64,000 nucleotides of DNA from Chitinivibrionales bacterium (lineage in GTDB: Bacteria; Fibrobacterota; Chitinivibrionia; Chitinivibrionales; FEN-1185), in assembly GCA_035516255.1 (NCBI GenBank), contig DATJAL010000019.1, positions 22,196 through 86,195 on the forward strand. The letters run 5' to 3'. Below the pieces are notes generated by a model. The model ran no database searches, was not told the origin of the DNA, and was given only the letters and a program-made list of their open reading frames with translations. Position 1 is the stretch's first letter. Every line of letters begins with the position of its first letter. This document shows, piece by piece, positions 27,574 to 35,026 of the stretch. The position numbers were made by a program, and so were the translations under genes.

Positions 27574-30500
27574 ATGAAGTACGCTTCGCTCGCATCCCTG
27601 GCCGTCTGCCTGTTCCTGTTTGTCACATGTACCAACAACGTTGCAGGCAACAGCATTAAAAAAGGAAACCCCACAGCCTCCGCAATGCTTCGTAATCCCG
27701 GCGGGTCGCCGGCCGTGAATGCCAAGGTCCGGTTCTTTCCTATCAACTACAATCCACGTACCGGTGGCCTGGCAAAAAAGCTGGCAGCTATGGACTCCGC
27801 CACCACTGACTCCACCGGCAATTATTCTGTAAATCTCGACACCGGAACCTACAACGTGCTCGCCTCGGGCGACAGCGGCATGATGTACCAGGACTCGCTG
27901 ACTGTTACTAAGGACTCTGCCATTCATCCGCCCGCGGATACGCTCAAGACTCCGGGAGGGCTGCGGGGAAGAGTGCGTTTGCAGCCCGGAGATGATGCGA
28001 GGACCGTGTTTATTCTATTCATGGGAACAAACACCTGGGGTACGCCGGATGACACCTCTGGAAAGTTCATCGTTGCGAACATGGCGCAAGGAACGTACAG
28101 GGTGAGGGTGTTGACGACGCTGGATGCCTATGTACCGAAAGATACGGTGTTGAGCGTTGCTGCGGGAATAGTTGATTCCCTGCCGCATGATATCGTTCTG
28201 CAATACACGGGGATTCCGGGACCCGCGGGTTTAAAAGTTTCGTATGACACGCTGAGGCAGATGGTGATCCTGGCCTGGACCGGCGCAGATACGTCGTTGA
28301 TTTCGGGATACAACGTGTACCGGGCAATCAAGGGACAGAATTTCAGCCTCATTACGCAATCGCCGCTGCCGGGCACGGTGACGACGTATAGCGATTCAAC
28401 CGTTTCGGTCGGGAACACCTACGCATACACGGTCGTTTCGTGGAGGGCCGGACAAGAAAGCCCGAAAGTGGCTGTTCCGGGAGACACGGCAAAAGTGGTT
28501 TCTTCATCCCTTGTGACAACCACATTCACCTGGAATTTGAATAACACCATCGGTGATACGGCCAGCATCAACGATACCATAAAAGTTTGCCTTACTTATT
28601 CGAATCCAACTAGAGAAATAGAAAAAATAGTCTGGTATGCTGACAGCCTGAATTCGCCTGCTGTCAGGCAAAAATCGGATTCTTCGCTGGCAGGAAAGGA
28701 CACATTGGCCTATTCGTGGAAACAGGCTGGAAACAAGAGGATATTCGTAAAAGTGACTGACGGGGCGGGTACTGTTTGGACCGACGGCGTGGACATAAGC
28801 ATCATTCAAGATGTCCCGACAGCCGGCATTTCGGGCAAAGACACGGCGGCCATTAATACTCCCGTTACCTTTACAGCCCAGACATCCCAGAAATTCGGCC
28901 GTATCATAAGGTACCGTTGGGACAATGGCATAGCACCAGGCTATGATGATTCAACCGGCTCTACGTATACTTTCAAATACCAGGCAGAAGGAACATTTAC
29001 CGTTAAAGTGGAGGTAATGGATGATGACAGCAATACAACCGCGGCGACAAAAACAATTACAATCACAAACGACAAACCGTTGATCACCGGGCTAAAGGAC
29101 ACGATCATCAGCATAAACGACAGCGTCGCATTTACCATAAATGCCACCGACAGCAACGGGATACTCCAGAAATATTACTGGAATTTCGGGGATGGGAGCG
29201 GCAAACAGTATGACACGACAAAGGTGAATACGATTGGGCATAAGTTCCCCTCCAATGCAAAGGCGTGCTCGGTAAGCGTGGCCGTGGCGGACAGCTTTGG
29301 AAAACAGGGGATGGCAAGGGCGGTTGTGGCGGTAGTGCAGGATGTGCCGGCAATCACCTTTCTTTCGGCGGACACTGTGGTTGATAATGGCGGCACCGTA
29401 CGGTGCTCGGTTTATGTTCAGCAACAGTTCGGGACAATGACAGTTGGAATAGATACTGCAAACAGCGGCAATTATAAAAGCCTCGGAAGCCTCGGTTTGT
29501 CCGGAAGTGAAGCATATTCTTTCACAACCGGCAACGCCTGCTCATGGGACAGCGTCAAGTTCCGGGTTACTGATGATGACGGAAATGTGGTGGTAAAGGG
29601 ACTAAGGGTCCGTGTCAGGCCTAGGCCGTTAGCAATTACTTCAATTGACAGCACGGTAAATACCATAACCGTCCACTACAGCCAAACACAGGAGACGGAT
29701 TTTGCGGAATACGGGATATTCAGAAACGCGACAAATTCCGTTGATACCGCCAGCGAACTATGGGCCACTGTTACCACCGCAGGCACGGTGAGCTGCTCAA
29801 CGCCTTCGCCGGGATATGTCTGGCAGCCGCGGTATTATAGGGTTTATCAGAAGGACAGCGAAGGCGTCTGGAGTGCAGGGAGCAACGTTGTATATGGCAA
29901 TATTATCAACAGTCCGCCGCCGGCGCCGGTGATAAAATTCCCCGTCCATGACGGCGACAGTATAGCGGCTTCCTCCCCGATGCGATGGACGAAATGCGCG
30001 GACCCCAACGGCCAGGGCGTGAAATACATGTTCCTTATCAACCACAACAATTCCGGATATGTTCAATTCGCCACCGATGTGTCGGACACGTTCGCTTTCC
30101 TAGAGGGATACGACGGGCTGGGGTATAAGTTCAAAGTGATTGCCTATGACGACGGCGGGGACAGCAGCGCCTGGTCAGGCGAGAGGTCTTTTTTCCTTAA
30201 AAATGTAATCCCTCCTAATGATGGCATTAATGCCATTGCCATTGATGCGGAGGGCAATGAATGGTTTGGAACAAGTCCAGCCGGGGTATCGAAATTCAAC
30301 GGCTCCACCTGGTCGGCGTACACAACGGCGAACGGCCTGGCATCTAATAATATTTGGGGCATTGCCGTTGATAAGCAGGACAACAAATGGTTTGCAACAG
30401 GAGATCCCATTGCAGGCGGCGTGACAAAATATGATGGTTCCACTTGGACAACGTACAGAACGGCAAATGGCCTGGCGCGGGATTATGTCCAGGCCGTGGC

Positions 30501-31104
30501 CGTTGATAGACAGGGTAATAAATGGTTTGGAACACCAGGCGGCGGAGTATCAATGTTCGACGGCACCGCCTGGACAACCTATACGACCGCGAACGGCCTG
30601 GCTTCCAATTCTGTTTTGGCCGTAGCTATTGACAGCCTGGGCAATAAATGGTTTGGTACCGACGGCTCCGGCGTTTCAATGTATGACGGCACCGCCTGGA
30701 CAACGTACTCAACCGATGATGGTCTGGCAAACAATCACGTCAACAACATGGCCGTGGATGGGCAGGGCAACAAATGGTTTGGGTTTGGGACATACGGCTT
30801 CGGAGTGCAAAAATTTGACGGCACCGCCTGGGCGACCTACACAACGGCAAACGGCCTTGTAAGCAACGATGTTTTTGCCATAGCCGTTGAAGGGCAGGGA
30901 ATAGTATGGTTTGCAACAAGCGGTGGCGTGTCAAGATTCGACGGCACCACATGGTCGACCTATACAACGACAAATGGTTTGGCAAGCAATAGTGTTTCGG
31001 CAATCGCCATTGACAAGCAGGGGAACAAATGGTTTGGAACGAACATTATCGGGGCGGGTTGCGTATCCAAGTTCGACGGCACCACGTGGACAACGTATAA
31101 ATAG
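27574..31104 (+). CDS. Giant surface lipoprotein: carboxypeptidase-regulatory-like, FN3 and PKD-like Ig domains, plus a C-terminal 7-bladed Reg_prop-type beta-propeller
   Basis: GGAGA RBS then ATG 27574. Lipobox LFVTC. FN3-like GYNVYRA...TYSDSTV..GNTYAYTV. PKD-like YYWNFGDGSG and VTDDDGN. Seven GNKWFGT...FDGT.WTTYTTANGLASN units at the C-terminus. Confidence 0.85.
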   Translation: MKYASLASLAVCLFLFVTCTNNVAGNSIKKGNPTASAMLRNPGGSPAVNAKVRFFPINYNPRTGGLAKKLAAMDSATTDSTGNYSVNLDTGTYNVLASGDSGMMYQDSLTVTKDSAIHPPADTLKTPGGLRGRVRLQPGDDARTVFILFMGTNTWGTPDDTSGKFIVANMAQGTYRVRVLTTLDAYVPKDTVLSVAAGIVDSLPHDIVLQYTGIPGPAGLKVSYDTLRQMVILAWTGADTSLISGYNVYRAIKGQNFSLITQSPLPGTVTTYSDSTVSVGNTYAYTVVSWRAGQESPKVAVPGDTAKVVSSSLVTTTFTWNLNNTIGDTASINDTIKVCLTYSNPTREIEKIVWYADSLNSPAVRQKSDSSLAGKDTLAYSWKQAGNKRIFVKVTDGAGTVWTDGVDISIIQDVPTAGISGKDTAAINTPVTFTAQTSQKFGRIIRYRWDNGIAPGYDDSTGSTYTFKYQAEGTFTVKVEVMDDDSNTTAATKTITITNDKPLITGLKDTIISINDSVAFTINATDSNGILQKYYWNFGDGSGKQYDTTKVNTIGHKFPSNAKACSVSVAVADSFGKQGMARAVVAVVQDVPAITFLSADTVVDNGGTVRCSVYVQQQFGTMTVGIDTANSGNYKSLGSLGLSGSEAYSFTTGNACSWDSVKFRVTDDDGNVVVKGLRVRVRPRPLAITSIDSTVNTITVHYSQTQETDFAEYGIFRNATNSVDTASELWATVTTAGTVSCSTPSPGYVWQPRYYRVYQKDSEGVWSAGSNVVYGNIINSPPPAPVIKFPVHDGDSIAASSPMRWTKCADPNGQGVKYMFLINHNNSGYVQFATDVSDTFAFLEGYDGLGYKFKVIAYDDGGDSSAWSGERSFFLKNVIPPNDGINAIAIDAEGNEWFGTSPAGVSKFNGSTWSAYTTANGLASNNIWGIAVDKQDNKWFATGDPIAGGVTKYDGSTWTTYRTANGLARDYVQAVAVDRQGNKWFGTPGGGVSMFDGTAWTTYTTANGLASNSVLAVAIDSLGNKWFGTDGSGVSMYDGTAWTTYSTDDGLANNHVNNMAVDGQGNKWFGFGTYGFGVQKFDGTAWATYTTANGLVSNDVFAIAVEGQGIVWFATSGGVSRFDGTTWSTYTTTNGLASNSVSAIAIDKQGNKWFGTNIIGAGCVSKFDGTTWTTYK
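30217..31101 (+). repeat. Seven tandem coding repeats of about 141-150 bp (propeller blades)
   Basis: DNA and protein periodicity is visible by eye: GNEWFGT, DNKWFAT, GNKWFGT, GNKWFGT, GNKWFGF, GIVWFAT, GNKWFGT, each followed by a G-[VS]-x-x-[FY]-[DN]-G-[ST]-x-W motif. Lies in frame inside the 27574-31104 CDS. Confidence 0.85.
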
Positions 31105-31224
31105 GGCAACGAGATTTCTTTCTGCAATTCAATTACAAAAGAAATAAGTATGGTGCATTGTGTGTCGGTTTCAGCGTGCGATGCGTCAGGAATCCATGAT
31201 TTATTTGTCTATTTGACGATTTAA

Positions 31225-31343
31225 TTGAATGGCACAGCCCGCGCATTCCCCGCGACTTGGCGCGGGGTTAGCGGGCGACTACAAATATTCTGATTCCATA
31301 GCCAAGGAAGAATCCCCGCCACTTGGGGCGGGGATTCTTCAAT
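31225..31343 (+). repeat. 119-nt two-hairpin dispersed element, copy 1
   Basis: Hairpin A: GCCCGC..CCCCGCG-ACTTGG-CGCGGGG..GCGGGC (31237-31276). Hairpin B: 14-bp perfect stem GAAGAATCCCCGCC-ACTTGG-GGCGGGGATTCTTC (31307-31340). A second copy lies at 59493-59611. Confidence 0.8.
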
Positions 31344-31527
31344 CCCGTAACCTCGGAGCGAAGCGCAGAAGAGGCGAAGCCAGCGGGGTTGCTCTCACAT
31401 GTCAATCTTAACAGTACTCTGACAGCAAATCGCGGAAAAGGTGTTAGGGAAGGGGTAGGAACACCATCAGAAATTACTGACGATATCCGGCTATCACCCT
31501 TGAAATTTGGAGAATTTCATAATTAGT

Positions 31528-31553
31528 GGACGTTTAGTGAACCGTTGCCTTCA
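31528..31553 (-). repeat. Third, more degenerate fragment of the tRNA-Ser(GCT) anticodon/D-arm region
   Basis: GTTTAGTGAACCGTTGCCTTCA versus GTTTAGCAAACCGTTGCCTTCA in the intact gene (20 of 22 positions). Same orientation and same left boundary as the other two copies. Confidence 0.6.
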
Positions 31554-31875
31554 AGGTTGACTCTCTGGAATATGCAAAGTTAGCGACCGCCGAGTTGCAG
31601 AAGCCAATCATATAGATTATTAAGAAAAAAAACCTATAACTGCGGCGTTTTGTCGTGTTTAAATAATGATGTTCACCAGAGTGAACAGAAAAAAAACGGA
31701 TTAACAATTATTCATGGAAATAATACCGCGAAGGGCTATATTACCATAGTGAATATCGGGTGTCTATTGTAGCGCTTAAGCTGCGCTGGCGATGTGCCAT
31801 TCAGTTTTGTTTACAGCCGCCGACACCCATTAAAAAACCTGATTTCCGAAATAAACTTTAAAAGGAGGAGAAATA

Positions 31876-34680
31876 ATGATTAAAAAATTGTTGGCGTTGG
31901 CCGCATGTGGCTTTCTGGTTTCGGCTTTCGTTAGTTACGCTGAAACCTATACGCCGGAACCAAGCCACAGAATAAAGATCAACTTGGGCGACACCCCTTG
32001 GAAGTTCATCAAATCGGACCCCGTCAATGCCCAGAGCGCGACGGTAAGCGATGCCGCATGGAAAGACGTGGGAGTCCCGTATACCCCGAATGACGACGAC
32101 ACATATGTAAACGGCGAAAGCGGTGGCGGGCCGATGTTCGGGGGCAACTGCTGGTACAGAAAGCATTTTACCCTTGACAATGCATATGCGGGCAGGAAGA
32201 TATTCATTGAAGTTGAAGGAGCCCATATGGGCTGCCAGTTGTATATCAACGGCACCCTTATAAAGGGCAACAGCGCGGTTACCGCGGATGCGAACGCGAC
32301 CCACGTTATAGGTTTCATCGGTTTTGTTGTGGACATTACGAGTAACGTTACGTTCGGCGGTGCGGACAATCTGCTTGCAATACGAACCGGTTTTTCACAG
32401 GGTTTTTACGCAGATCCCGGTTTTTCGGAAGTCTTCAGATTCGGGCAGGCCGACGTCGGTGTTTTCCGGCCGGTTTGGCTGCATATCACCGATCCGGTCC
32501 ATGTGCCGTTGAATGTGTATTCGGTGCTTAACAAGTGGGGAACCTGCGTGGCGACCACCGCCGCGTCGGACGCTTCCGCCACGGTACGGATCCAGACCAA
32601 CGTTCAGAACGAAGGCGCGACTGACCAGAGTGTGACCCTTACGACCAAGATCGTGGATATGACGAACACCGTGGTATCAAGCATCGACAACTCCCAGACC
32701 GTGGCGGCGGGCCAAACATACATGTTCGATCAGACCGCCACGATAGCCAATCCTCACCTGTGGTATCCGAACAACAGCGCCTACGGCACGCCGTATATGC
32801 ACAAGGTGTACCATATTGTAAAAATAGGCGGGACCACCGTGGACGTTTTTGAAAGTCCTTTGGGCATACGCACCATCACCTGGGACGCAAATTTCCCATA
32901 TATCAATGGGCATAAACATTGTTTATACGGCGCTTCTGCGCGCTACGACTATCCCGCCCTAGGCACGGCAATGCCTCCGGAACAGGAGTACCGGGACGCA
33001 CAGATTCTTGCAAAAATCGGCGGCAGCCTGTGGAGACCCGGACATTCGTCGTGCAGTCCCGGGTTCGTTCAGGCGTGCGACGACGAGGGAATCATGCTTA
33101 TGCAGCCCAGCGGCGAAGGCGAGGGGGCATTTTCCACCGGAGCAAATCCGCCGGCCGACCGCGTCACGCTCAAGGAGGAAATCCAACGGGACGTGTGCGT
33201 TCGAGACAGGAACCACCCCTCGATCCTCGCATGGGAAGTAAGCAACGGAGATATCGATCCAAACCTTGCCAACGCATTTAGGACCGTCTGTCAAACATGG
33301 GATCCCGTTACACCGCGCGTGATATCCGTTCGCGGTGGACCGCAATTCCAGGCAGGTGACCTTATTGCATGTACGGTGACCGGTTGCGAAATAGGACTCC
33401 ATCAGCAGCACCCGCTGTGCCCGAGCTGGGGCGCCGAAGCCTGGGGCCATCAGGCCGCAAGGTTTGCCTTTGATTATGAGCTCCTGTTTGCGGAAGAGTT
33501 CGTGCAAAACTGGAGAAAGAACATACAAGCCAACTGTTTCGGACTGTGCCAGTGGTATCTGGCGGAGACGCCCGGCGAGGCCGGGGATTTTGAGGGAGGC
33601 CCCACGGGGCCGGGAGTCCGCTCGTTCGGGTCTTCAATGATGGATTTTAACCGCATTCCCAAGTTGCTTTACAAAATATACAACACCTGCTGGGTGCCCT
33701 ACGCCACCAAGCCTGTGGTTTTCCTGGCGTATCACTGGAACCGTTCCGGCACCGTGCGGGTCAATGCGTTCAGCAACTGCCCGCAGGTGAAACTTCTCCT
33801 TAATGGCACCGACCTGGGCAACAAAACGCCGAATCCCTGGACCGGGACAGGGAATGAGACAACTAATCAAACCACCACGCAGATGCCGTTTCAATGCTGG
33901 TGGGACAACGTCGCATGGGCTGCGGGAACGCTTATCGCGCAGGGGCTTGACGCAAACGGAAACGTGGTGTGTACCGACAAGCAAGTCACCGCTGGAGCGG
34001 CCGACCACATCACGCTCACCGTGGATCCGGCCGTTGTAAAACCCGATGGTGAAGTTTTCAAAATCAGGGCCAACGGATCCGATGCGGCGTTCATCGTGGC
34101 AACGGTGGTTGACGCGCAGGGCAATTGGGTTCCCACGGCAAACATGAATATCAATTTCCACACCTCCGGTCCCTGTGAGTATCGCGGCGGCACCGATCAG
34201 CTGGTCACCACCGGACAGGGTTATGGTTATCACGCGCCGCTTGACTCCCAGCTTCAGGCCGAAGCCGGCATGTGTAAGATAGCCGTGAGATCACGGTGGA
34301 CTGCGGGCCAGGTAACGGTATCGGCGACTTCCCCCGGGCTGGGAACGGGCACGACCACATTCATGGTGAGCGATGTAAACGATCCGGTTGAATACAGGAA
34401 GCCGGCCTCAGCGTATTCGTCTGCCGTCCTCGCTTTCAAAATGGAGATTCTTGGAAAGAACCTCCGGTATTACATCAGCAGACCAGGAAGAGTTGCATTT
34501 GACGTCATTACCGCGACCGGAAGGGTAATGAAACATGTTCCGGCGATGCAAAATTCGGCAGGCTGGCACGATTTTACCTTGTTCGGGTCGGCCGCCTTCC
34601 TGGGCAAGGGCGTATATTTCGTTCGTTGTGAAGTAGACGGGATGAGCCAAGGGGAGAAGCGGATTGTTGTAATGCGCTGA
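31876..34680 (+). CDS. Secreted glycoside hydrolase family 2-like enzyme with T9SS-type C-terminal tail
   Basis: GH2 sugar-binding N-domain (WYRKHFTL, FEGAHMGCQLYINGT). TIM-barrel block DRNHPSILAWEVSNGD. Ig-like domains. C-terminal tail ...GKGVYFVRCEVDG... Confidence 0.8.
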   Translation: MIKKLLALAACGFLVSAFVSYAETYTPEPSHRIKINLGDTPWKFIKSDPVNAQSATVSDAAWKDVGVPYTPNDDDTYVNGESGGGPMFGGNCWYRKHFTLDNAYAGRKIFIEVEGAHMGCQLYINGTLIKGNSAVTADANATHVIGFIGFVVDITSNVTFGGADNLLAIRTGFSQGFYADPGFSEVFRFGQADVGVFRPVWLHITDPVHVPLNVYSVLNKWGTCVATTAASDASATVRIQTNVQNEGATDQSVTLTTKIVDMTNTVVSSIDNSQTVAAGQTYMFDQTATIANPHLWYPNNSAYGTPYMHKVYHIVKIGGTTVDVFESPLGIRTITWDANFPYINGHKHCLYGASARYDYPALGTAMPPEQEYRDAQILAKIGGSLWRPGHSSCSPGFVQACDDEGIMLMQPSGEGEGAFSTGANPPADRVTLKEEIQRDVCVRDRNHPSILAWEVSNGDIDPNLANAFRTVCQTWDPVTPRVISVRGGPQFQAGDLIACTVTGCEIGLHQQHPLCPSWGAEAWGHQAARFAFDYELLFAEEFVQNWRKNIQANCFGLCQWYLAETPGEAGDFEGGPTGPGVRSFGSSMMDFNRIPKLLYKIYNTCWVPYATKPVVFLAYHWNRSGTVRVNAFSNCPQVKLLLNGTDLGNKTPNPWTGTGNETTNQTTTQMPFQCWWDNVAWAAGTLIAQGLDANGNVVCTDKQVTAGAADHITLTVDPAVVKPDGEVFKIRANGSDAAFIVATVVDAQGNWVPTANMNINFHTSGPCEYRGGTDQLVTTGQGYGYHAPLDSQLQAEAGMCKIAVRSRWTAGQVTVSATSPGLGTGTTTFMVSDVNDPVEYRKPASAYSSAVLAFKMEILGKNLRYYISRPGRVAFDVITATGRVMKHVPAMQNSAGWHDFTLFGSAAFLGKGVYFVRCEVDGMSQGEKRIVVMR

Positions 34681-35026
34681 TCCGACGACAAGCGCTAATC
34701 CGCACCGAACTCTATTCTGTTGCTGGATAATCTGGCTGAAGGCCGCGGGGATTGATTTGCGTTTCCATGGTTTCCCCCTCGCGGCCACTTTTAATTGCAG
34801 GCTCGATAATCCGTATGACATTCTGCGCCGGTTCAAGTCGCACGCATGGGGTGGGCCATTGACAATTGCGTCGCTTACATTCTCGTAAAATTCCTTGTAA
34901 TGCCACTCGGTGCTCCACGAAGATGATTTACGGAAAGATCGATGATTTTTTATGATGTTTTTTTTTGACATAATTACCCCAACGTGCTATATTATTTGAC
35001 GAGGGAGGGGCAAAAGGAGAAATCGT

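Noticed and set aside
30217-31101. Tandem repeats of about 145 bp as a satellite or CRISPR-like array
   Set aside because: The repeats are in frame within a long ORF and encode recognisable propeller blades, so they are coding repeats.
31225-31343. Mini-CRISPR interpretation of the two similar CCCCGC-ACTTGG-GCGGGG units
   Set aside because: There are only two units with a 66-nt period. The intervening sequence is itself conserved in the second genomic copy, so it is not a spacer. No cas genes are in the window.
34681-34971. Minus-strand ORF (part of 34408-34971) in the GH2-GH30 spacer, starting MSKKNIIKNHRSFRK
   Set aside because: It runs into and overlaps the GH2 3' end, has no recognisable family and no obvious RBS. 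It may be a gene fragment, but I cannot support it as a feature.
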